DNA of 64,000 nucleotides, taken from Lingula anatina (Eukaryota; Animalia; Brachiopoda). The notes under the pieces were generated by a model. It was not told the origin of the DNA. It saw nothing but the letters and a program-made list of their open reading frames with translations, and did not search any database. The position numbers were made by a program, and so were the translations under genes. Below are positions 11,101 to 23,964 of the stretch, one piece after another (the stretch's first letter is position 1; each line of letters opens with the position of its first letter). Location: contig CM120646.1 of the NCBI GenBank assembly GCA_051362555.1, positions 16,182,001 to 16,246,000 on the forward strand. The letters are read 5' to 3'.

Positions 11101-14100
11101 TTGCATGTGTGTCTTAGCTCTGATGTTCAGATTCCATGGGTGCCAGCGATTTTATATTTAAGTTTCCATTTTCAACAAGTTTCTATATTGAACTGCAAGA
11201 ATCTGAAACTAAGGGCAGCCAACATATCAGACCTAAGCGGGAGTTGTAAATTTTTTTTTTTTTACCTTTTTCACACCCCAACCATCTCTACTCCACCCCC
11301 TCCCCATTACCTTCTTAGGGCCTAGATCCTCAATTACACCGTTCACTCAGTGTTACCCACTGCCCTCTAGAAGAGCAAAAGGGACAAAAGGGCACATTTA
11401 AAAGAAATTTCAATAGTAAAGGCTATAGTTCGTGAATGCACCGTCTTACCACGTTTTTGTTCAACTGACTGATGTAGCAGGTGAGACGACCGTCATTGCC
11501 CCTGGGGATGACGTAGGGAACGATGTCTTTCGTTATCCCTACTTTCAGTTCTGAAACAGAGAAGGTATTTATACAATTAATCTAGTGACAGTTTGAATTG
11601 AGTTTGAATTGGTACCATGTCTAAAAAATAAACTGAACTGAAAAATGTACACATTTTCATCTATTATGCGGTATATTTGTTGCGTGCACACACACGTAAC
11701 TCTTCCAAAACAATCAGTGTCACAGCCATAGGCACAACTACTGCATTGCATACAGAAATGCGTTCTTCTGTTACGCTTGGCCTTCCCTCTCCCCTCTCCA
11801 AATAAGAAGAGAGAGAGAGAGAGAAAAGTTTTCAATGTAGCATTCGGGAATAATTTCAACTATCTTAACAACATAAACTTCAAATAATCGATAACTCCTG
11901 ATATACCCTGAACACATTCCGTCTGTCCTAGTATGCGTAGGGGGCCTACGTGTGAGATTATGTGGCATAAAAGATTCTTCGTTTTACATGTACTATCAAT
12001 CCTGGTTCACCGCATATAGACTAGCAAACAGTATATCGTACTTGTTTATTTTCTAGCGTTAAACAGGCGATAAGTCACCGTTATTAATCCAGCCGCTTAC
12101 AGAACGGACCCAACTGAACAAACAACCGATAAAAGTCGCCAGTATGGCCGCTTGCTCCATTCCTCTAGGACCACTCACAACAAATTAATATACCGTGAAA
12201 TAGACTTGCTAATACAGTGGCTGCGTGAAATAATCCTTATGTCATTCAGACGGTGATAACATTAAGTGCACTTAAGCATTGTGGCCCCATCATCTATCAA
12301 AATTACACATTTGACACCATAATCGAGCACCTAACTATTTTTTCCAAGACCAATAAAATCATGGGGCACATTTCTCATTAGAATCAAATTTTATCAAAGA
12401 ACATTAATACACCACAGACGTGAATTTAATTTCTTAAAAAGTGTCTGACTTTGGGTACTTTACTCAAGGTCGGACAAATAAATGTAAAATGAAAGTATTT
12501 TTTACAAATATATGATATTAATATTTATTTTGCAACATAAGTTTGGATGGTATGTGTAAGATATTCAAATTGTTGTAACAAAAAGTGACATTTAAATGTA
12601 TATTCTAGAGCTATTTCAGTTGCTTATTTGAAATTTATGAATTTATTCAAATGATATCTGAAGTTACAAACTGTCATCAGTTTTTACCTTAAAGTGTAAT
12701 ATCAGAAATCAATGGAGAAATATCTGGTGGCAGTGCTTTTATGTGTTTATTTATTCTTAATTTTAACTAATTATTTAATTAATTTATTTATTTATTTATT
12801 CATTTATTTTACTAAGGTGACGAAGTCATGCATTCATCCATCCATCCATTTATTTATCCATCTATCTATCCCTTAAATAACTGAAAGTTCATTATTCTCT
12901 CTCATTTACCTCCAACTTTGTGTCATTCGTTACAATTACGGTAATGCTTGCTATACACAACAAAACTACCTGTCCTGAATCCAGGATAATTTATCCTACA
13001 ATTAGTATGCATGTCACATCATACAAGCGAGCTGGCCCAAACCGGTTCTGTGTCATATGTCGGTACGGATTTTTTTGTCGGCTACGATTCAGCTTACTAA
13101 GGTGAAGCAAATGAGGTGTAAGTTAATGTCGCATTTCACCTTATGACTCACCTGACTTCTTCAATAGACTAGACTAAACTGGCTGTGACTGGAGGCTACT
13201 TGTGACACAGGCTTTTTTAACCGATTCGTTGATTTACATTATGTATATTGTTAACTGATTTTTCCAGCCTCAGTTAAGCCCCCTTCCCTCTCCATGTCAA
13301 TACCAAGAGCAACTAGAAAAGCACTCCGAGAGCGCAGACCTCCGCCAAGGCAGCGCTTTTTTATTATTATTGATTATTGATTGACTATTGATCCGGATCG
13401 CTACCAAAAACTAATCACTTCTAAGTTAACCCATTTCTGACCTACCCTGAAAATTTCATCAAAATCAGTCCATAACTTTTTGAGTTATGTTGATGACAAA
13501 AAAAACAGAAAGACAGGGGTGAAAACATAACCTCCTTGGCGGAGGTAACAAGTAACCGTTCAATGTATCAGGTGTGAATGGTTTGAGCGTACTTTTGTAA
13601 TAACAATAAGACCGTTATAGTACGTCTCCAACGTCAGTAACTAAGAAAAGCCAAGTTACCTAAACTGACATGTACATGTAAGGATAAAGCTGACTCAGAG
13701 TTTGAGGAAAACTGATATTCAACAACATGTAAAGATTCGTTTCATTTACCCTAATATAATTCACTGATACATAGCCAACAGAGAACTTTACTGCCTATCT
13801 TTTATTTCCTACTGTTACGTTCTTTGACTACTGACTTAGTTTTTATGGCTTCTTCTCCGGAGGTTTAAAAAAATAATATAAGGACATACTAAAAATCAAA
13901 AATGACAGATGGAATAGTGCGTGCAAGTGGACAGTCGATTTTAACGGAAGCTCTAGTTAGAAAGTTCGCACAGTATGCGACAGGCAAAAATGCAAAATAC
14001 AAGTAAATGTCCAGCTGTTAAAAGGACAGAAATTCCTCGATTAAAAAAGGTAGTCACTCTGTCGTCCCGCCCACCAGAGAGGCTACCGAGGTTAGTCGCG

Positions 14101-17100
14101 TGCCGTCAGGGCGGCATCCTAACAATATGTAGTTCACGACGGCCTGCGAAGTCAGATCCACAAATTGCGTGCATATTTTGTATCATTCAAAAAGGACAAA
14201 GTAACGTACCATGGATAATGTGCAATCATGTGTTTTAAATTAGCATGATAATAGTCATAATATGGGGTCACAACGTCTAGACACTTCGGCAGTTTTCTAG
14301 CTGTTGGGCATCCTTACCGTGACCTTTATGGGAACATTTCACTACCAAATTGCCTTGCGGTCAGCACAAGGACAAGCTCCTATACGTACATAGCAATCCT
14401 CTGTGGATAGAATGTTCTCCTCTGAAGACATATTAGAGGAGGGGCCTCGTCCAAAGATTTCTACAGGGGGGATGGTCCATTTCGATACCCACATGGCTGC
14501 AAAATCTCACCATTCCCGTTACTCTCACTTCTATATATAAAATCTGTCTTACGTTTTATATCATAATTTAAATAATGCAATTGTTGATAACTTTTAAAAG
14601 CATAATTCAGCTGTGTTTTTAGTGGACAGCACGTCAGAGAGCACGCAGACATTTTACAAGTCTCGAGGTTTTTTCAACCAGTGCGGGGATGCTGGTTCTT
14701 TTGAAGCACATTTTAGTTACTGGAGCAAAAAAGGAACAAAAAACTTTAAACTAAACACAAAGCGGTGATAATGTTATCAAATGTCACATCAAGTTGCCAT
14801 CGGTTAAAGATGTCTTTGTGTGATAAGTTTTCTGCTTCCCGATTTTTCACATCTATTTCTAACATTGTACAGAGAATGTCAGTGTACACCAGTGGTGCGC
14901 ATAAAAAACTGGATCAATGAGAGGAACAGTTAACTTGTTAAGTAATGTTATTGTTAAAGGAAATCCTCCTTTCTTTTTCTTTACCCTATACGTATGTTTA
15001 AAGACATTTTGCATTCCTTCTAAATGATACAACTAGTACTTGTTGCTCATAATTGCGTTTATTTATTTTTACGCAATGAAAAAAGGAATGCATGTGATCG
15101 TTACCTTTGGTGAGTCAGGTGGATAAAAATGTTAAATTAAATTAATGTGTTTTTTGACCTTGAAATTGGAAAGAACGTGTAATGACTTTAAATATGGCGA
15201 CAAAGTAAATTTTTGAGGAAAAAAAAAAGGCATTTGACAAAGATAAATATTGTTCTATTGACTAATGTCGTTCTATACAGGTACATTAGGAGACAGATTT
15301 GATCCCATAAAAAGCCTGCCACCTCAGCTTGCGAGGACACCATTGATCGTGTAACTGCCATGCTCTTTGAAATAGCACATGTCACCGCAGTGTCATATAT
15401 CACGGCCTAATAGTATATTTCTTACCACCGCTCAGCACTACAATGTTCTGCAACCGTCGCAATATGATATTATGTGAAATGACTTGATATTATATTATGT
15501 GATGAATACAGAATGCTGTTGCACAAAATGAAAGAGAGTCAGTGAAACGAACAAAGGCTCTTTTATTGACAGGTGCTTGATGAATATATGCAGTATAAAT
15601 ATAGCAACCTCGTGGGTCCACCAACACCTGACTGGTACTGGAACTCATTATTCTGCCTTTATTGCATACCCCTCTGCTCCAGTGACAAGAAAATGTGTCA
15701 ATGTCATTGTATTTTACGATGACATGATCGTAACTAATTGCGGGAAAGGTATTTTTTTACATTTACAGTACGTTTTATTTCTTGCGGATGGGGCTGCGAT
15801 CAAAACATAAACTGCTCTGATAAATGGATTTGCCACTGCTAAATCTAACCTTTAGTCAAGTTTGTTCTCTTTTCGCATATAACACCAAATGCAATAATGC
15901 CACCTGCTTAAGATTCGTTTACCTTTTTGAATTTGAGCCCAGACGCTAACTCTAACAGTGTAACCATAGAAGAAATACGACGTGACAAGGCTGCTGAATA
16001 GTGCAAAGTTATGTCTTTACCGGGTTGTAACTCTTTCAATATACATGGTGTTTAGCAGAACGATAGGCCACCGTGTATAATAACGTTAGAATAACCAATA
16101 TGTGAATTTTGCGTTTCGTGGATCACAATTTGAACTAAATTTGATAATCAATGTAAAATATGCACACGACATGCCAACACGAAAGCGGGAAAGAGAGGGC
16201 GAACGTTAGGCGCGAAATTCAAAGCTCGAATGTCAAAATGTCTTTTTTTCACTTTCAATAGGGTAGTATGCAAATTTTATACTCCTTTTGAAATGCACAT
16301 CACCATGTCCAGAGCAAGGCATGGCACACCGTGTGGAACATATCAGAGATTCACACCATTGTCTGTTGTAAAATTGAGTTTTAAATCAGACGGCTGGCAA
16401 ATAAGGGTCGTACCGAGAGGGACCGGTTTATTTTCAATGTAAACGCGCCTCAATATTCAGTTAAGAGGAAACCGACTGATTCCTTAACCCTTACGGGGAA
16501 CAATAAGAAGTTATAACGTTCAACCGGTTTAGACCAGGTCACCCAGCGATGAATCTCAGTTGTTGTAGTAACTGGAATATTAGCGGGGAGAGTATTGAAA
16601 CCGTTGTGATACGCACTCCTCCAACAAGGTTGAAATGGTAATCAGGTACATTATTACTTCCCTATCCAGCGTTTTTTACTTACTAGAGATGAAAACGGGG
16701 GAAAGTAGAGACAGGCTTGCGGATCGCAGTATTTATTATATACAGCTAAATATTTTAATATAGACATATATACTGTGCAACTCAAATTAAACCATTGAGC
16801 AAATAAGAAAAAAAAAAAGAAATGGGAAAAACATAGATACTTAGATAAATAAGTTTACGTATAAAGCAAATTGAAATTATAGACAATAATAGCATACGTT
16901 TATACGGTGTAAAATAGATGAGGCCGCTGTAGTTAAAGGCCCCTATATACGGCTGGGAACCTACCCTCTGCTATCACAAGGGTCTCTATTATGACCTGTT
17001 ACAAAATTGATGAAGATTCAGCAATTTTGAAACAGACTAGAAGCGCCCCTGTGGTCAGAGAATAGCGGAAACTTTTGTATGGGGGCATGGGGTTTCTACA

Positions 17101-17442
17101 GCACGAGGGGGTACACCTGAACCTAACCCATGTAAGTTATCTTCGTCTTGTGACGTAATTGCAACTGCCATCAGTTTAAAATAATCCTCATGCAAACACG
17201 ACCTACGAAAGCTGCACGACGCTGGCCACCCCGAGACCTAACGGACGTTACATTTGTTTGATTTTCCAAGCACAAACCATGGCGTAAATACGGTTCTAAT
17301 CGTAATCCCGTGTACCGGGGTTATGGGAGTAGAGATAAGGGCAGCACCCCCAGGTAAACTGTTAAGCGAGGAGTTTCTATGTAGTAGATTAAATAAAAGG
17401 AAAGAGGGTAAACAGTGTTGGGGTAAATAGTAGTGTGTGTGT

Positions 17443-17473
<31 letters not shown>

Positions 17474-20400
17474 GGGGCTCTGGTAAAAACAAAGACACTC
17501 AACGTATAAGTACGTTCCGAATTAATTATCAGTCAATAATGAAAGACAGGTCATCTAGACGAAAAAAGGTTTTGTCTTATAAACCCTTAGTCTATTTAAT
17601 GATGTCCATTCAGAGTACAGTGTTCAACTGATACATTTCAAAACGTTATTACACCCAAATTATTAATTAATTAATTTGAATGAGACGACAGCCTTTGGAC
17701 TTTTTTCTCAGATGTCACCGCCTTTTCCGACTTTACTGAAGCCAGCAGTGCAAATTGTGGTCGCCTTAACAATTTATTCCAAGTGGCGACAATACCCCAT
17801 TCAGTATGTCTACTAGATATTGTGTGACAATTGTTCGTTAAACTCTGTCAGACCAATGTCATGCAAAGTTGACTTAACATGGTTTACTATCTGGCTTAAG
17901 CAGCCTTTGCAAAATCTTTAATTTTTTTTTTTTTTTTTGAAATATACCCTTCTGATGAGAATGGCTGTTTTGTTAGAAATAAAGATATCGAATCTTTGTG
18001 AGACTAACAGCTCACCCGGGTGACGAAGCAACAGCTTTCCGATCGACGATAAAACGGAATGGAAATAAACATCCTTTTTTTTATAGATGACTTAACTTTA
18101 TCTTCATCTTAACGCATATGCTGAATGCCTAATGAAGATCGCGGAGAGACAAGAAAAAAAAGATAACAATTCTTAACCAAGAGAGCGTGACAAAAGGCAT
18201 TTACCACGATTGTAAAGACACGTCTGAGAGGCACTAGGACCTATTGAGTAAGGCCTTTCAACTGATGACTCTGAACTAGCGCCTATTACCCAATATGGTA
18301 ATACAGAGTGGAAAATTTTTATTTGTTTTTATTTACTTATTCATTCATTTCTTTCCATATTTGTTCGTTTATTCTTTTTTTATTCTTAATTCATGGTGTT
18401 TACAGAACCACACGTTTATTAACATATCCCTTTAAGTATTAATTTATTGGCTTACGTATTAATCCATTTATTACGTTCTTTTTTCCATACTTATTTTTGG
18501 ACACAAATACATTCCACATACTTATTTTGGAAATTTATCTAGTCTCTTGTAAAGAACATAATCATGCTCTCCGTCGTCAATTAAGGCTAATATTGATATA
18601 TTTCAATATTGTCGCGAGGTACGCACAAAGAGTGATTTGCCAAAGGGATGTTTTGAAAGCAATTTCATTTGTAGGCCTACTCCCGAAAAAAATTCACGTT
18701 AGATGAATTGCAATTTTCGCCAACCATCTACGTACGGCTGGTTCGAATATTTGCTTTTCTTCTTCCAATTATTGTTAATCAAAGTGGCCGTTTCGAATGT
18801 CATTATGGAAGTGCGCCTTTCTGTTTTTCAAGATGGACGACTAAAGGGTAACACATCCGTTTCTTTCCTCCTGTAGATCAAAGCAAAGTTACGTATAAGC
18901 GTTCTCCGACTATTCGTCTTGTTGGTTTTTTTCATTCTTTTTGCATTCCATTGTAACATAAAAGTTGTTTACAAAGTATGGTTAATTTGTTTTTGTTTTG
19001 GTACTGCTTCATGCGACATTATCGACAGGCCTAGGCCTTTAACCAGGCCAGCGATTTTAAAGGGGGCTTTTTTTTCCTGAAAAATCTGGTCTTTTTTACC
19101 CCTGAAGTTTTACCCCAAAATCACGATCGAATTTCGACTCACAGCGGATCTTTTCTTACCAAAAGGGCGTTTTTTTCCCACCCTTAAGGGCCTGGTAACA
19201 AATAACCAGGAAATAACTTAGTGTGAATTCTTTTGACTGTCGTTCTGATTCATCATTCACCATTATTTCATATCTTCTTTCCAATTTCAGCTTAAAAGAA
19301 CTTATCAGCGGGGTTTTTTTTTAGATGCATCTAATTTCACAATCAAAACAGCGAGGAAGTTTTTATTTGATTTACCATGGATAATATGATTATGCTGTCA
19401 GGCGATGTCACTCATATCTAACCTAAGGCAAAGTCTAAGTCTGCCTCACGCAGTTACACACGACGATGTTATCATATCGGAAGATGCGTGGCTATCAGCG
19501 CGTCTCTTTTGAGATGACTTGTCCTTGGTGACAAATCCTGGCCTCTGTCCATGTGCTGCGTTCAGCACCGTTTTTACTTAGCATTTTCTTGAGAAGGGGC
19601 TTGATTCAGGGGCGGATCCACAGCTATTTCCTGACAGTCTTCAGAATTACCATACCATTTGTTGATCCATCCTCCATTTTTGACCGTTTTCCGACAGAAA
19701 AATTTAGATACCCGTCAATGTAAACTTGAAATCTGACCATCTTCCGGAAGACCTAGAAGACGGCCCCAATCCGATCCTGTGATTGCGCCCATCTTTACGG
19801 CAATCTCAGAATATAGCAGCCAAAATACCATGAGAGGGTGGTTGAAATAATAACGGTTAGTACAGACTACTCACGTCCAATCAGATTGACCACTTACCGG
19901 ATTAAGTTTAAAATGGTTTGATTTAAAACGGTGCAAGATGCGGGCCTGAATATATAGATAAGATAACGTATTTCATATTAGGGATGGTTTATCAAATAAA
20001 TTCCACTTCAGTAACGGCCGTGCCCTATATAGAGATCTACGATGTTAGAATAAAACCAATACCATCATCATTGGGACAAAACGTTTTTTTTTTTTAAGTA
20101 ATCACAATTGTAGGATTTGGCACATTTTTTCCAGTTAAAAAACATTGGTTTTATATATTAAGCGATATGCTTTTCTGAAAGGGTTGTAATGTTTTCTCAC
20201 TTCAGAGGGCGAAAATAACTTGTTGATGTCGCGAAAGGATCCCAAACAACAGACTTTAACTACTAAGTTAGTCCACAAATTTATTCAGATAGCTTTACGT
20301 ACATTTGAATGTTTTTTTAAAACAACGCGGACTTTTCACAATGTTCGCACAATAACGATGGAGACAAATTTCCGAACAGTAGCACCCCCTTTTGCTTATA

Positions 20401-21107
20401 CTTGCCTAACCACTATGTTGGGAAATATGTGTATAGGAAAGACAAAAGGAATATATAACTTACTGTCTTGAACTATAAAGAAAGCCCTTTTAACAAATGA
20501 GCGACCATGTGTGCCTTTACAATTTTTAATTTATTAATCCTCTCTCAACGTATAAATATGAAAAAGAAATATCTGATGACAACTTCGGTGGTAATACATG
20601 TATTTCTTAGATATCATTATGCTGAGAGAGAGAGAGACAGGGGGAAATGGAGAGCGTTCTTTAGGAAAATCGTTTTCTGTACATGCTTTAACGCACCACT
20701 GACATACAATGAAACTGCAGTTAGACGAATTAGCACCCACTTATTTCAAACGATCTTTCTGCGAGGCCTACACAACTCTTCATCTGTACATACGTATCGA
20801 AATCTTCTTTACTTTATGAGGCAGTATTTGCGACGTAGTTATGACTTGGGGTTCACACACTGTTAGTCATACAGCCGTAGGATAAGATAATCATAAGGTT
20901 CAAAAGCAGAAAAAACAAATACATTCACCTATGGCAGAAGCGAAGAAGAAAAGCAGTGGATCACTTACATCTAAAGATATATATTCCAATGTAAAGAACT
21001 ATGTACAAAAACTTATATAAAGATGGTGCGCAAATATCAAACTTACCGACTTCTTTCACCACAAGTAACATTACTAAGCCTCTTAATGCCCATTGAAGAG
21101 TTTTCAT
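7846..21107 (-). CDS. lachesin/IgLON-like three-Ig-domain, putatively GPI-anchored cell-adhesion protein (about 389-403 aa)
   Basis: Phase-compatible GT-AG exons on the minus strand: 21107-21047 (MKTLQWALRGLVMLLVVKEV, signal-like, least certain), optional 20970-20929, 11550-11450 (GNDGRLTC), 11032-10943 (VHWYF), 10043-9884 (DGGMYQC), 9505-9330 (EGGNVTLECNAAGKPKPKVSW), 8968-8767 (GVYVCTAVN...LEC), 8429-8181 (DSGDYDEYTCEAVN), 7976-7846 (ends LLFVTVLAASIPFILMRY*). Confidence 0.85.
10193..10430. mobile_element. PIF/Harbinger-type (Tourist-like) MITE in an intron of the Ig gene
   Basis: TIR AGCCTAGGTCCCAAC ... GTTGGGACCTAGGCT, with TAA directly on both sides (10190-10192 and 10431-10433). Confidence 0.82.
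13311..13548 (-). mobile_element. short Helentron-associated (HINE/DINE-1-like) element
   Basis: Subterminal inverted repeat ACCTCCGCCAAGG near the left end and CCTTGGCGGAGGT at the right end, with a local hairpin (acctccttggcggaggt). Internal simple repeats and an aactag end. Confidence 0.7.
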
Positions 21108-21675
21108 GATGAGGTAATTAAAAAATCTTTTTACACGCCGTGAATTCGTTCTTAAAGTTGAGATATATCGCCCAGCGTTTTTGTGTTTTTGTTACGTCTA
21201 ACTGCCAGATTCGCTCCTCCTCACAGTGAATGATGTAACTGGTTCTGCTTACTGCCCCCCTTGGCACAGTAGTCTTTAGATAAGTTAGAGGAAAGCCACA
21301 CATTTATCTGTCCAATCCAGATAGAGACGAGAGGCGCGTGCCGTCACGTGACCCAACCATGCTCGGTTTACACAATGGGTCTTGGTCTCAAGTTTTATTC
21401 TCGTCAGTCTAAGGAATAAGTTGAACGCTGTGTGTCTACTAGTTAAACGGGCCGACCTGGCTTAATTTTGCCTCGATTACGATTAGGTCACCAGAGAAGC
21501 ACGTAAAATCCTTTCGTTGTCCCACCCACCAGTTAAAACAAGCAGCTCCCTATGGAAAGCTAACCGTAGTCAGTCGGCCTACTGGTTTAGTCTCATCGTT
21601 TGATATAATTTTTCACACAAACAGCAATGCGCATAATAAGACCTTTGAATCAAGCAAACGTTATCGATACTACCT

Positions 21676-21937
21676 CAGGTCTTATAAACGGTTTTGGCAT
21701 TTACTAACACTACCCGCAGATCTTTTTACCACTAACACCCATATTAACCACATAACTCACAAATTAACCAGCACTACCAGATCGGATGAATGTTAGTGCT
21801 AGGTATCGCTCTGTTGATGCTAAATAGTTTTACGGTTTGTTGGTTAATTAGTTGGTTTTGTGGCTATTAATATGCGCGTTAGTGCTAAAAGATCTGCGGG
21901 TAGTGTTAGTAAACGTCTAATCCGTTTATAAGGCCTG
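21676..21937. mobile_element. MITE with about 85-bp inverted arms and a 5-bp target duplication
   Basis: CAGGTCTTATAAACGG...TTTACTAACACTACCCGCAGATCTTTT mirrors AAAAGATCTGCGGGTAGTGTTAGTAAA...CCGTTTATAAGGCCTG. TACCT occurs at 21671-21675 and 21938-21942. Confidence 0.8.
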
Positions 21938-22144
21938 TACCTAGCAGACAGCAAGAGTTTCTCTATAATTTTTAGCAAGTATGTCTATAAGTTATTTACC
22001 AAAAAAGGATAAAAATATTTTCATCAGTCTTTTTTTTCTGCCTCTGTAAGCTATTATCTACTTTTTTCGTCAATCGTCAAAGACGCACGCAATACGACGT
22101 ATTTATGGGCCGTAGTACCATGTTGTGCAACGGTGTCATAGGCA

Positions 22145-22290
22145 TGGTAGTCTGCTAGAGACCGTATTCCGTTCCTCGTTACTTTGTACAGGTGAAATTC
22201 GTCCCATATACTTACTAATACTACGACTAACCCTAACCTGTGCTAATCATATGAGACCACGGACTCCCACTCCTAGGACTATCATTCTTG
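22145..22290 (+). repeat. dispersed repeat (second, inverted copy at about 32695-32830)
   Basis: ttactttgtacaggtgaaattcgtcccat...ctaaccctaacctgtgctaatcatatgagacc matches the reverse complement of the 32.7-32.8 kb segment. Confidence 0.65.
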
Positions 22291-23893
22291 TCACATCAGG
22301 TCAGGAGTCTCCCACTCGGCTTTCTATGATACTTATACGTCTTCTGTTATGAAACAATAAGGTCTGGTTTTATTTGAAATTGGACTAGGTTAATGGTGAA
22401 ATATTAGAAGAATAAGGTCAAGAAGATGATGGATTCTATGACCTTCAGACCTGCTTGGCTGTTCCCAATAAAAAGAACCCGTCACTTGTGTGCAATATAA
22501 AAGAAGTAGCACTGCGAAATGTGGTTTACAAATATGCTATTTCTACTAGAGAGGAGTGGCACTATTCATGATATTTTATTTTATACATGTCCAATGATCA
22601 TTTGGAACACCCCGACTGGTTTCGGATCAACTCGATTGGTTTTAAAAAGGTTTAACAGTTTACCGAACATGACAGCACGTGCATCGTATCTGTCTCGTTG
22701 ACTACCAATTGTGGTAACGCATCAGGAGGAATGACGTTGGACGATTGCACTAAAACTCAACTAACACAATGACATATGTGATAATTTGCTTTCTTCGAGA
22801 CATTTCGGCTGATTCCGTGCCTAGAGATACGGAATGACTCGATGTCGGCTGACCGACATTTCCTGCTAACGAAAGGTATCACATCTATCAAACCTGTTTA
22901 GCGCGTTGGTTGCTCAGAGAAAAAAAGGCACAAATAAATGTGTATGCACTGAAATAGAGCTAAACAAATCTTCCCTCCTAAGAAGCGTAAAGAGCAGACA
23001 AGTCGCCCGCCACTTAATTTATCAACCCGCATACATGGTATCTTAAAGAACAGAATGGTTATAAACCGAGGTAGCCCAAAGTCTCGCAATTTAGAAAAAA
23101 TAAAGATCAAGTCAGGTTTCCGGGGATTTGGAGGAGAGTGGGGTCAGAAATAATGGCAGACTGGCAAAGAATATGTATATATATACAGTCAATGAAAACG
23201 CATCATTTATTTATCAAATAATATTTTAAGTTCCTTTGGCACATAAGGAAAATATCAGTTTTCGTGTGAAATATGTGAAATATGAAATAGTGGTCAGCCC
23301 ACTCTCTTATGACCAAACAAGTGTATTTGTACTCGTTTATATAGTTGGAATCGACTCTCGGTAAAAAAAGTGCAAGAAAGTTTTCTGATGGGTTTTCATT
23401 GACTGTCAGTATATATATATATGCACTAACCTGTATATATATAAGCTTACAAAAATAATCCACAGATATCTTGTTTTTTTTTTAATTCCGTCGAATAACA
23501 ATCTTTTAAACAACAGCGCACATTCACCATGATTTGTGCACTACCTTTGTATTGCTGTCTAAGAGCACATTATCCCGGATTCCTGCACGTTTCTAGTCTC
23601 ATATATGGCGTCACACAGTGCAGACAACCTAGTTTTAGGCCATCTCGGGTGATTTTCCTTTGCTGTCATCAGTTAACTCTCGCGTTAGTTATGCGGCTTT
23701 CTTTTTTTAATTTACCCCAAGGGACAAATATTAACAAATTTGCTATTACGGCGAATCAAAAGTCTCGAAAAGGCTACAGTAGCTTTGGTTTCGTCAATTA
23801 TTTCTACTTCAGAATACAAAGGGTGACTGCATATAGAGTTTATAGAATCTAACTAAAGTAATCGACAAGCAGGTGGAACAGCGACTGGCAACA

Positions 23894-23964
23894 ATCCGTC
23901 CACCCGAAATTCATTGCGCGCTTCTCTAGGCATGAAGCGCGCAATGAATTCCGTGTTGACAGAT
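23894..23964. repeat. hairpin/palindrome, probable tiny MITE
   Basis: AATTCATTGCGCGCTTC-tctaggcat-GAAGCGCGCAATGAATT is a perfect 17-bp stem with an imperfect outer extension. Confidence 0.65.

Noticed and set aside
12910-12995. Minus-strand hydrophobic stretch (VVLLCIASITVIV) as the Ig signal exon
   Set aside because: Its donor is phase 0, but the next exon (11550) requires phase 1.
17433-17477. (GT)n plus poly-G tracts (also at about 186-204, 45366-45380 and 59113-59143) as functional G-quadruplex elements
   Set aside because: Simple low-complexity runs with no further evidence.
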